Assembly (NCBI GenBank): GCA_026395795.1
Contig: JAPLYB010000015.1
Coordinates: forward strand, 1-61,505
Length of the DNA stretch: 61,505 bases
Direction: 5' to 3'
From: Candidatus Pacearchaeota archaeon
Lineage (GTDB): Archaea; Nanobdellota; Nanobdellia; Pacearchaeales; UBA284
Under the pieces are notes generated by a model. That model was not told the DNA's origin, searched no databases, and saw only the letters and a program-made list of their open reading frames with translations. Shown here one piece after another: positions 17,682 to 26,217 of the stretch (its first letter is position 1; every line of letters begins with the position of its first letter). Position numbers and translations under genes: made by a program.

Positions 17682-18217
17682 TTTGCCTCCTTTTTAGCCT
17701 TTATTATGACTGATTTGATAAAGGGATTTTTTAATTTTAGATAGGGTCTATAATCATTTTTGCATGATTTTGCAGCTTTTTTCTTAAGTTTGGCATAATC
17801 CTTGACTATTTTAGGGTGAGTTATGAGATAATCTCTAAAGATCAACATTGTCTCAAAAACATTCTTATCTGAAGTTATGTGGGAATGGAAAACTTTTTCT
17901 GGATGATCTTTTGAACCATAATACCTGGCAAATGAGAAAAATTTTCTCTTTTTAGGAACTGGCCATTCTTCATAACAATAATTTGAGATTTTCTTTTTTG
18001 TTTGGTTGAGCAATCCTTTTGGTGCAAAAATTGCTATATCAATTATTCCTTTGCCTCCAAGTCCTGGAACTGCTGTGCTCCCAATATGTTCAATTATTGT
18101 TTTTTGATTTTGTTCTTTTCCAAAAACTTGAAAAAGATCTTTTTTTTCTTGGTTAAACCATTTTGGAAAATCTTTATTATATTTCTTAAAAGAATATTTT
18201 ATCCAGACTTTTTTCAT
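17678..18217 (-). CDS. GrpB-family (UPF0157, NTase-fold) protein
   Basis: IEHIGSTAVPGLGGKGIIDIAI is the GrpB signature. I prefer the ATG at 18215-18217 (MKKVWIKY..) over the TTG-initiated extension to 18304. Confidence 0.75.
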   Translation of the reverse strand: MKKVWIKYSFKKYNKDFPKWFNQEKKDLFQVFGKEQNQKTIIEHIGSTAVPGLGGKGIIDIAIFAPKGLLNQTKKKISNYCYEEWPVPKKRKFFSFARYYGSKDHPEKVFHSHITSDKNVFETMLIFRDYLITHPKIVKDYAKLKKKAAKSCKNDYRPYLKLKNPFIKSVIIKAKKEAK

Positions 18218-18243
18218 CTTTACCTCTTCTTTAGTAAATGTGA

Positions 18244-18351
18244 TTGTACGAACTAGTTTATATATTTTCTCGAGAATTCTAGGGTAGTAACACACTACCC
18301 ACAATACATCTTGTACGAACCATTTGACCTTTTTCTTGATATTGTACGAAC
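18244..18351. promoter_or_regulatory. three TTGTACGAAC boxes plus a 7-bp-stem hairpin upstream of the GrpB-led gene chain
   Basis: ttgtacgaac is at 18244-18253, 18311-18320 and 18342-18351. The inverted repeat gggtagt-aacac-actaccc is at about 18282-18300. Confidence 0.5.
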
Positions 18352-18470
18352 TTTTTGCATAATTTTCTGGACATTTTACTCACGCAGAAAGTTGTTAGCG
18401 ATATGCAGAGGTTTTAGCGTAAAGAAATTAATCACCATAAATTATTTATACTGTTAAAAATAAAAAAATC

Positions 18471-19043
18471 ATGCTAAATGACGTTCTAAGTATTGGAGAT
18501 GAAAATAAAGTTGCTTTTTATGGGTCTTCTGTCGCAAGAAAAGGTATATCCCAACATGGAGCGTATGATTGTGTTGCTTCTGTTCCTGCTCCTTTGATTA
18601 CCAAGGCGATTCAAATACATCGGCCCGATTTAGAAGAAAGATTAAATCTAAAAGGAAAAATATTAACCGGTATTGATCATCCCTATTTTTTTAGCCCAGA
18701 CTGTCCAGAAAGAGGTTTTTTGTTTGTCCATATTTTAGCTGGTGATTGTATATCTGCGTGTGTTTTTGGAACAGATGAAGATGTTCGAGAGTATCATCCA
18801 GATGAAATAAAACAGTCAATTGAACGAGAAAAGGAAATGGTTCCTTTTACAATCAAAAGAGGAGGAGAGGATGCAGAAAGAGCAAGAGCGTATCTTGATG
18901 AATTAAATCAGGGAATCTGGCATTTGCCTGCAGTCCAATTTAGTTCTGGAAATACTTACGGCCTGGAACAACAAAAAGCTGCAAGAAAATTGTTTGTTTT
19001 ATGGCTTCGAACACTACGCGGAATCAAAAAATACGCATGCTGA
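18471..19043 (+). CDS. hypothetical protein (compositionally atypical, less Lys/AT-rich)
   Basis: 190-aa ORF with no recognisable motif. Confidence 0.5.
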   Translation: MLNDVLSIGDENKVAFYGSSVARKGISQHGAYDCVASVPAPLITKAIQIHRPDLEERLNLKGKILTGIDHPYFFSPDCPERGFLFVHILAGDCISACVFGTDEDVREYHPDEIKQSIEREKEMVPFTIKRGGEDAERARAYLDELNQGIWHLPAVQFSSGNTYGLEQQKAARKLFVLWLRTLRGIKKYAC

Positions 19044-19099
19044 AAGATGCTGGCAAAGAGCAGAAGTTTTAGCGGGAATTTTGACTTACTTAAAAAGTT

Positions 19100-19240
19100 T
19101 TAGAACTTGATTAATTGCAAAAGACCTAACAAAATGAGATAGATTCCAACACCTAATCTAAGCAATTTTGGCCAGATCAAAACCAAAATGCTAATAATTA
19201 TTGCTAGAATTGCGGGGGCATATATTGCTATTGCTACCAT
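19100..19240 (-). CDS. DUF3096-like small membrane protein (46 aa, below the ORF-track cutoff)
   Basis: Hand translation gives MVAIAIYAPAILAIIISILVLIWPKLLRLGVGIYLILLGLLQLIKF. The ..LIWPKLL....G.YLI..G.. pattern matches that family. Confidence 0.45.
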   Translation of the reverse strand: MVAIAIYAPAILAIIISILVLIWPKLLRLGVGIYLILLGLLQLIKF

Positions 19241-19390
19241 AATTTTCTAAGGGATTTTAGTTTATAATACTATATTTTTTTCCTTATCTCTCAAAAGAGC
19301 ACCGATTTTTGAGGTTATTTTTTCTTAATTTTTTGACATTTTTTGCATTTTTTCAGAAAGATTTAAAAAGCAAAAAGTTCACTAATTTAT

Positions 19391-20008
19391 ATGAGTTTTT
19401 TGTGGTTTGGAAAAAGAAGAGAGGAGGTTCTGAACAGAGAAATTAAGAGTTCTTTTGAAAATATTAAGGGGGATATTAGCAAAATTGGGTCGTGGATTGA
19501 TCATTTGCACACCCATGATGGCAAACATGATGAGAAGATTTCTGAACTTTATGATGAAATACTGAAAATTAAGGAAGATATCGACGGTATAAAAAACTTC
19601 ATTTCTTTCTTTGATAATCAAATTTCAAACAGGGTGTTTAAACAGACATCAACAGCTGTTGATAAACAAACAGCTGTTGAAGGTGTGCAAACACGTGTGC
19701 AAACACCTGTTCAAACACCGATTTTTAATGCTTTTTTAAAGAATTTAAGTGCAAGTGAAAAGACAATTGTATGGGTTGTTTTGAATAGTGAAATGAAATT
19801 AAGCTGTGAAGATATTTCTGCTCTGCTTGGAAAAGATAAAGCAACAGTCCGCGGACAATTGAACAGTATAAAAAGAAAAAGTGATACTTTGATCATGGAG
19901 CAGATTGAATTAAATGGGAAAAAAAGATATTATGTTGACCCCAGAATTAAGGACATGATTGTTAAGCAGCTTCGAGCAAAAACTCGAGCAAAAAAGATGA
20001 AAAAGTAA
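19391..20008 (+). CDS. coiled-coil / winged-helix DNA-binding protein
   Basis: N-terminal heptad-like region, a VQT-repeat linker, and a C-terminal LSASEKTIVWVVLNSEMKLSCEDISALLGKDKATVRGQLNSIKRK (wHTH-like). Confidence 0.6.
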   Translation: MSFLWFGKRREEVLNREIKSSFENIKGDISKIGSWIDHLHTHDGKHDEKISELYDEILKIKEDIDGIKNFISFFDNQISNRVFKQTSTAVDKQTAVEGVQTRVQTPVQTPIFNAFLKNLSASEKTIVWVVLNSEMKLSCEDISALLGKDKATVRGQLNSIKRKSDTLIMEQIELNGKKRYYVDPRIKDMIVKQLRAKTRAKKMKK

Positions 20009-20029
20009 GGGTTTCAGAAGGGTTTAGAT

Positions 20030-20481
20030 ATGTGCAAAAAAGAGTCAAAAACCGAATAATAAACCGAAAAAGTGAGAAAAACGGGGTTAGGTAATCGGCT
20101 TGGGAGCAAAAATAAGCTAAAAAAGAGCAAAAGTGAGACTTCGTGAAAGGGCAGAAAACCGAAAAAAGATGAAAAAATCAGAGAAATAGAGCTTTTTGAA
20201 CAAAAAAGCTAAGAAATGCTAAAAACACAGAGGGGAAAAACGGAAAAGTGAGAGTTCCCGTAAGGAGATATCCTGAGAAAAACTGAAAAAGTGAAAAAAT
20301 CTGTGAAAGAACGCTAAAAAGATAAGAAAAGGCAGAATTCAGAGAAAATATCGCAAAGATAGAAAAATAAATAAAGGGAGGGGTACGATCTGATAAGGAC
20401 AAAAAAAGAAAAAGAGCGAGATAAATAGAATTTAAAAAAAGAGAAATGGGGGCAAAGTGTGTGTTAGAGAGAAAAATGAGC
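20030..20481 (+). repeat. purine-skewed non-coding block carrying repeated AAAAGTGAGA motifs
   Basis: The plus strand is almost entirely A/G. aaaagtgaga is at 20068-20077, 20129-20138 and 20244-20253, with the variant aaaagtgaaa at 20287-20296. gaaaaacgg occurs twice. Confidence 0.7.
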
Positions 20482-20585
20482 CTTTTTTGTTGATTTTTTC
20501 AATGAAAAAATCGATGAAATTGCTGATTTAAGGCTTACATCTCTATTATAATGCCAATTTGATAATTTTTATTATCTTAAAACAG

Positions 20586-21077
20586 TTATTCGTTTGCCGG
20601 CTTAACTTTAAAAACTTCTCGATGAGTACTATTCATTTCTTTGCATAAATTAATTATTTGATTATAACCCTCTTGATTTAGATGCTGTTTGGATGATTTT
20701 AAATCTAAAATCCTAAAAAAAATTTCCATGTCTTTTTTCTTTTTTGTATGAAATTCTGATGAATTTAGAATTTCTTTTAACTTTGATAATTCTTTAATCG
20801 AGGTTACATAAAAAGCGTATTGATCTCTGGCATTTATCCCTTGACTTCGACTATATTCATAAGTTTTTTTGTATACTCTTCCTATTCCAAAGGTTTCTTT
20901 TATTTTTTCTAAAACCGCTAAATCATCTTCCCTAAAAAAAATTCTGAATTGAAGGATTGGATAAAATTCAAATAAATACTTACTCGAACGACTCTTGTTA
21001 TATTTAGATAAAATAACATTAAAATTACCTTCTCCTTCTATAAACCCAATCAACCACTCTTTTGATATCTGGGACAT
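20586..21077 (-). CDS. free-standing single-motif LAGLIDADG homing-endonuclease-like protein
   Basis: EWLIGFIEGEGNFNV sits near the N-terminus. 163 aa, the size of homodimeric I-CreI-type enzymes. Confidence 0.75.
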   Translation of the reverse strand: MSQISKEWLIGFIEGEGNFNVILSKYNKSRSSKYLFEFYPILQFRIFFREDDLAVLEKIKETFGIGRVYKKTYEYSRSQGINARDQYAFYVTSIKELSKLKEILNSSEFHTKKKKDMEIFFRILDLKSSKQHLNQEGYNQIINLCKEMNSTHREVFKVKPANE

Positions 21078-21156
21078 TTTATCACTAAGGTGAATAAATA
21101 TATAAATATTTGCATTATTAATTAACTCTTGTATTACTAAAAAAGAAGATTCTCTT

Positions 21157-21894
21157 TTATAATCTTTTAAGTTTCGAGAGACTTTCCAGCGTGGCTAAAT
21201 CCTTCAACTCCGAAGGTATTCTCAATAAAACCAGTTTATTGTTCACTCTTTCTTTGATTATGGGGATGCCTTTATGCTCGAGTCTAGCAATGTAATCTCG
21301 TATTGAGCTCTCGGTGAGACTCGATTTCTCAGCAAGATCTTTGTAAGTTACCTTGCCCTTCTCTTCGTTAATCGTATAAATCAATGAAAAAATAATAAAT
21401 TCTTGTTTTGTAAGATTCTTAAATTTAGAACGAAGATCTTGTTTTAAGGTATTAAGAAATGTTGAAATCTCCTCGGTTTTTTTAGTTTTATCCTCTTCCT
21501 TTTTTGCGAAGTTTTCTGCAGGGCCGGGTGAATACACCTGGACTGTCTTCAATGGTTCTTCTTGAACGAATTCCCCTGAGCTGCGTCTGTTGTCTGTCTG
21601 TTGTCTGTCTGCTGGAACCCCCCTGTTTCCTATGGAAAACTGAGAATTATCGCTTAAATCTCGATTATAATAGAGATTATGTGCTGGAAAATCGCTTATG
21701 TGCTGGAGATGTGCTGGAGATGTGCTGGACTGAGAATTGTTGCTTTTATCAGCATTTCCTAGCTTATTAATCATGTCTTTTATTTGATCCAGACTAACCT
21801 TTAATGCAAGAACCTCTCCTGCAAGGAAATTTATTTCCCATTTTATCTTTTGAAAAGATTCTCTTATTTTCTCGTCAGATACCATTTTTATCAC
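21157..21894 (-). CDS. coiled-coil / winged-helix DNA-binding protein (same architecture as 19391..20008)
   Basis: N-terminal ESFQKIKWEINFL.. coiled coil, a low-complexity linker encoded by 11-bp tandem repeats, and a C-terminal LTKQEFIIFSLIYTINEEKGKVTYKDLAEKSSLTESSIRDYIARLEHKG. Confidence 0.6.
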   Translation of the reverse strand: MIKMVSDEKIRESFQKIKWEINFLAGEVLALKVSLDQIKDMINKLGNADKSNNSQSSTSPAHLQHISDFPAHNLYYNRDLSDNSQFSIGNRGVPADRQQTDNRRSSGEFVQEEPLKTVQVYSPGPAENFAKKEEDKTKKTEEISTFLNTLKQDLRSKFKNLTKQEFIIFSLIYTINEEKGKVTYKDLAEKSSLTESSIRDYIARLEHKGIPIIKERVNNKLVLLRIPSELKDLATLESLSKLKRL

Positions 21895-21947
21895 TGAGGT
21901 AATACTCGCTCTCTTTAAATAAATTTTCGTAATGAGAAATAACTATC

Positions 21948-22361
21948 TTATTCTGATTTATGAAATTCTTCGGTTTCTTCTGATTTGAAAAGATTAGTTG
22001 TTGATTCTACCTGGTTTGGGGTCTCTGCTGGAATCTGTGCTTGTATATGTGAATCTTGAATTGGCCCTGAAACCGATCCTGGATTATCCTGAGCAGCTTT
22101 GTAAACGCTATAGACTTTTTCACTTAGATTCCATCTTAATCTTCTTTTATAATCAATCCCTTCGGGGTTTTTTTTAACAGATAGTATCATGGATCCCGTC
22201 TCCATTTCTAGAAGTAATTTCTTTACATATTCCTCATCCCTAGCTAATTCTTGTGATATCTGAGCTGTAAACAAAGGTTTTGGAGAGTTTTGAAATAACA
22301 GCAATAGAATTGCCTCCTTTATCTTGTCCTGCTTAGATTTGCTGATTCTTGGCATCCACAC
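21948..22361 (-). CDS. winged-helix protein
   Basis: KIKEAILLLLFQNSPKPLFTAQISQELARDEEYVKKLLLEME is wHTH-like. Confidence 0.45.
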   Translation of the reverse strand: MWMPRISKSKQDKIKEAILLLLFQNSPKPLFTAQISQELARDEEYVKKLLLEMETGSMILSVKKNPEGIDYKRRLRWNLSEKVYSVYKAAQDNPGSVSGPIQDSHIQAQIPAETPNQVESTTNLFKSEETEEFHKSE

Positions 22362-22459
22362 TTAAGATGTGAAAGATTTAAAACCCTTTCGGTAAAAAGA
22401 AAAACAGGGGGCGAAGATAAAGAGGAATATTTAAAAGATTTAAGAGAGTATGTAAAATA

Positions 22460-23440
22460 ATGAAAAGAGGCTTGACTGCATTGTTAGGAATGGGAACACC
22501 TTTAGTTCTAGGTCTAGGAGCGATGGCACTTAGTCCAGGACTTGCTGTTGGACAATCTTTGAATCAGAATAGAGACGGAATAATCAGCATTGAGGGGGAT
22601 CCTTCACGTTTGTATGCCCCTTATTTTCCAGGAGAGGAAGAGGTACGGAGTACAGATTCACTTGAACTAGTTACACATCATCTGCTTGAAAGTTTTCTTT
22701 GGGAGAACTCAACAGGTCCGCGCGCTTCTTTTAATAGCATTTTTATTCCGTTTCCTGAGAATAGATTGACTTCTCCTGATTCAACCATGGGTTGGATGAT
22801 TGTTGCCGGCTTTCCAGATTATGAAAAACAAGAATTGAAAGTAAGTATTGCTATTATGGGACAAAAAGGCAAGTCCACAGATTATGCCCGAACAAATCTG
22901 GGAGATGTTGCGGTTCATGTTATCTCCCCCCTTGGATTAAATGTTTACAAGGGATTGGAAAGCGACTTAGTTGTAAGAGAAAGAGGACATGTTCCAATAA
23001 GAAAAAATTCTGAAAATCAGAGCTTGTTAGGTCTTTCAGAAATAAGCGAGGATGCTACAGATTATATAAAAAGAGTTGCAAGAGGAATAATAAGTATTCC
23101 TGCTACTATAATGTCTATTTGCAGTGACTATCTAGGAAATCTTCTAGAAAGTGTACAAACAGAGAGAATGGAAGAGCTATATGGAAATAGATTTGGGGAT
23201 ATAGGGATATATCGAGACCCAATAATGCCTATCTTTTCTGGGCAAGAGATATATAATGCGATAGCAAGAAGTTTTTATTACAGGTGGAGAGTCAATGAGA
23301 ATGCGATTCCACGCTTCCCTTATTTAGTGAGAATAGAAATCACTCCAAAAAGAACAGTCAGCTGGTTGCCGATTGAAGATGAAGAGCTGGGCTTTTTTAC
23401 TGCTGGTGAAATCCAGATAGTCCCTCCTCCTGGAGAATAA
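22460..23440 (+). CDS. secreted or exported hypothetical protein
   Basis: Signal-peptide-like N-terminus MKRGLTALLGMGTPLVLGLGAMALSPGLAVG. 326 aa. Confidence 0.55.
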   Translation: MKRGLTALLGMGTPLVLGLGAMALSPGLAVGQSLNQNRDGIISIEGDPSRLYAPYFPGEEEVRSTDSLELVTHHLLESFLWENSTGPRASFNSIFIPFPENRLTSPDSTMGWMIVAGFPDYEKQELKVSIAIMGQKGKSTDYARTNLGDVAVHVISPLGLNVYKGLESDLVVRERGHVPIRKNSENQSLLGLSEISEDATDYIKRVARGIISIPATIMSICSDYLGNLLESVQTERMEELYGNRFGDIGIYRDPIMPIFSGQEIYNAIARSFYYRWRVNENAIPRFPYLVRIEITPKRTVSWLPIEDEELGFFTAGEIQIVPPPGE

Positions 23441-23573
23441 TTCCTTTTCTAAAGAAGAAAGTATTTAAACTAGAATTTCCGGACATAAACACAACCACTA
23501 GTGATGTCAATCTTTTGCTAAACAAAGGAAAATTTCTATTAACTTAAAAAAAATAAAGAAGAGGTATTAAAAA

Positions 23574-26216
23574 ATGATACAATTTATTGATAAACCAGCA
23601 AAGCCAGAAGAAATCAGTCAGTTGCTAGACCCTGATGTTAAGGAATGGTTCTTTTCGAAGTTTAAAGAGTATAGTCTGCCTCAACTTTATGGAGTTAAAC
23701 CTATTTTTGAAAGAAGAAACATTCTTGTAAGCGCTCCAACTGGCGGAACAAAAACACTTACTTCTTTTTTAGCAATCATAAATTACCTTGTTGGGCTTGG
23801 AAAAAGGAATGAGCTGGAAGACAAGATATACTGTGTCTACATTTCTCCTTTGAAAGCGCTAAACAGTGATATTGCGATAAATCTCATTACTCCACTAAAG
23901 GAAATAGAAGAGATTATCAAAGTAAAAAATAAAGAAAAACTGCAGGCGATAAGGGTGAGTTCTCGTACAGGGGATACAACAGCAAGTGAAAGACAAAAAA
24001 TGGCTAAGCACGCGCCGCATATTCTTGTTACAACTCCTGAAAGTTTTGCAATTCTTTTAACTTCTCCTAAATTTGTTGAGAAGCTTAAACAAATTGAGTT
24101 TGTGATAATTGATGAGATCCATGCAATCGCTTCTGGAAAAAGAGGAGTTCATCTTAATTTAAGTTTGGAGATATTAGAACAGATTTCATCAATCAAACCA
24201 GTAAGGATTGGATTAAGTGCAACAGTTGCCCCTTTAGATGAAGTTGCAAGATATCTTGTAGGTTATGAAAAAACAGCTAAAGGATTTAAAGAAAGAGACT
24301 GCCTTGTTGTTGATGTTCAGTTTTTGAAAGAACTTGATCTGAAGGTATTAAGCCCGCTGAAAGATATGATTAATACAACTGCTAAAGAAACGCAAAGAGA
24401 ATTATATAATCTTCTTGATAAATTAATAGAAGGACATAAGACAACGCTTGTATTCACTAATACAAGAAGCGCAACTGAGAGAGTTGTTAACCACCTCAAA
24501 GAGATGTTTCCTGAAAAATATGAAAAGTTGCATGAAATTGGGGCACACCATTCTAGTTTAAGCAAAGAACATCGATTTAATATTGAAAAAAGGTTGAGAG
24601 AAGGGAAGCTGAAAGCTGTTGTGTGCAGCACATCTCTTGAGTTAGGGATAGATATTGGTTACATAGACCTTGTTATACTTCTTGGCTCTCCTAAATCAGT
24701 CGCAAGGGCATTGCAAAGAACAGGAAGAGCAGGACATAAGTTACATGACATATCAGAGGGCAGATTAATTGTTATGGACAGAGATGATTTAATCGAATGC
24801 GCTGTTTTATTAAAAGAAGGAATTGAAAAGAAAATTGATAAAATTCAAATTCCTAGAAATTGTTTGGATGTTCTTGCACAACAAATTTTTGGAATGACTA
24901 TCATGCAAAGATGGAAAATGACTGACTTGATTGAGACTATCAAAAGAAGTTATTGCTATAATACATTAAGCAAAGAAGATTTTTTTTCTGTTTTGTCTTA
25001 CTTAACAGGGGATTACGCTGGACTGGAAGATCAGAATGTTTATGCGAAGGTATGGTATGATGAGAGCACGGGAGAGATGGGAAAGAGAGGAAAACTTGCC
25101 CGAGTAATTTATATGACAAATGTTGGAACAATTCCAGAAGAAAGTTTTGTTAGTGTTGTTGTTGCTATGCCAAGAGAAAGAAAAGATGAACAGATTGGAA
25201 AGATTGATGAAAGTTTTTTAGAAAGACTGAAAAAAGGAGATGTTTTTGTTTTAGGAGGACAAAAATACCAGTTTCTTTACAGCAAAGGGATGAAAGCTTA
25301 TGTTAACGCTAGTGTTTCTCAAGCTCCAACAATTCCTTCTTGGAGTTCTGAGATGCTTCCTTTGTCTTTTGATCTGGCTATGGCAATCCAAAGATTCAGA
25401 AGGTTGATATGTGAGATGCTTGACAGGAAAAGAACAGAAAAAGAAGTGAAAGATTTCATTGAAAAATATTTGTATATTGACAAGAATGGGGTTGATGCAA
25501 TCTATAATTATTTTTATGAGCAGTATGTCTACACAAAAAAGAAAATCCCTCATGAGTATAGATTTTTAATTGAAAGATACAAAGATGAAAGTGAAAAACA
25601 CTATGTGATTTTCCATTCTCTTTATGGAAGACGAGTGAATGATGCTCTTTCCCGTGCGCTGGCATATGTTCTTGCAAAGAATAGAAAGAAAGATGTTGAA
25701 ATTGGGATAAATGATAATGGTTTTTTCATTGCAAGCAACTATCCATTGCAAGCTGAAAAGGCTCTTGCGCTTCTTGCAGAAAAACCAGAAGCAATAAAAG
25801 AAATTTTAAATGAAGCAGTTGATAAAACAGAGGTATTTAAGAGGAGATTCAGGCACTGTGCTACTCGTTCTTTGATGATTTTGCGGTCATATAAGGGTTT
25901 GAGCAAAAGTGTTGGGAAGCAGCAAGTTAAATCTGATTTTCTTTTGAATGCTGTCAGAAAGATAAGCACTGATTTTCCGATCCTTAAAGAAACTAAAAGG
26001 GAAATAATGGAAGATCTGATGGATATAAAAAATGCTGAACAGGTTTTGAGATGGATGAAAGAAGAAAAAGTTAAGATCGAATCTATTGTGAGTGATGTGC
26101 CAAGCCCTTTTTCGTTTAATCTCATCACTCAAGGACATGCTGATCTCATGAAAATGGAAGATAAGATTGAATTTTTGAAAAGAATGCACGAAAAGATTTT
26201 AGAAAGAATAAAATAA
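23574..26216 (+). CDS. lhr: Lhr-type (COG1201) superfamily-2 ATP-dependent helicase
   Basis: Motif I SAPTGGTKTL, motif II IIDEIH, motif III LSATV, motif VI LQRTGRAGH, and a long C-terminal DEAD-associated region. 880 aa. Confidence 0.85.
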   Translation: MIQFIDKPAKPEEISQLLDPDVKEWFFSKFKEYSLPQLYGVKPIFERRNILVSAPTGGTKTLTSFLAIINYLVGLGKRNELEDKIYCVYISPLKALNSDIAINLITPLKEIEEIIKVKNKEKLQAIRVSSRTGDTTASERQKMAKHAPHILVTTPESFAILLTSPKFVEKLKQIEFVIIDEIHAIASGKRGVHLNLSLEILEQISSIKPVRIGLSATVAPLDEVARYLVGYEKTAKGFKERDCLVVDVQFLKELDLKVLSPLKDMINTTAKETQRELYNLLDKLIEGHKTTLVFTNTRSATERVVNHLKEMFPEKYEKLHEIGAHHSSLSKEHRFNIEKRLREGKLKAVVCSTSLELGIDIGYIDLVILLGSPKSVARALQRTGRAGHKLHDISEGRLIVMDRDDLIECAVLLKEGIEKKIDKIQIPRNCLDVLAQQIFGMTIMQRWKMTDLIETIKRSYCYNTLSKEDFFSVLSYLTGDYAGLEDQNVYAKVWYDESTGEMGKRGKLARVIYMTNVGTIPEESFVSVVVAMPRERKDEQIGKIDESFLERLKKGDVFVLGGQKYQFLYSKGMKAYVNASVSQAPTIPSWSSEMLPLSFDLAMAIQRFRRLICEMLDRKRTEKEVKDFIEKYLYIDKNGVDAIYNYFYEQYVYTKKKIPHEYRFLIERYKDESEKHYVIFHSLYGRRVNDALSRALAYVLAKNRKKDVEIGINDNGFFIASNYPLQAEKALALLAEKPEAIKEILNEAVDKTEVFKRRFRHCATRSLMILRSYKGLSKSVGKQQVKSDFLLNAVRKISTDFPILKETKREIMEDLMDIKNAEQVLRWMKEEKVKIESIVSDVPSPFSFNLITQGHADLMKMEDKIEFLKRMHEKILERIK

Positions 26217-26217
26217 A

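Noticed and set aside
20178-20402. 74-aa minus-strand ORF in the purine-rich block
   Set aside because: It is the pyrimidine-strand reading of an A/G tract, giving a Phe/Ser/Leu low-complexity product with no start context.
24317-26189. Several 60-130-aa antisense ORFs inside the Lhr helicase gene
   Set aside because: They are shadow ORFs of a long, motif-supported gene in an AT-rich genome.
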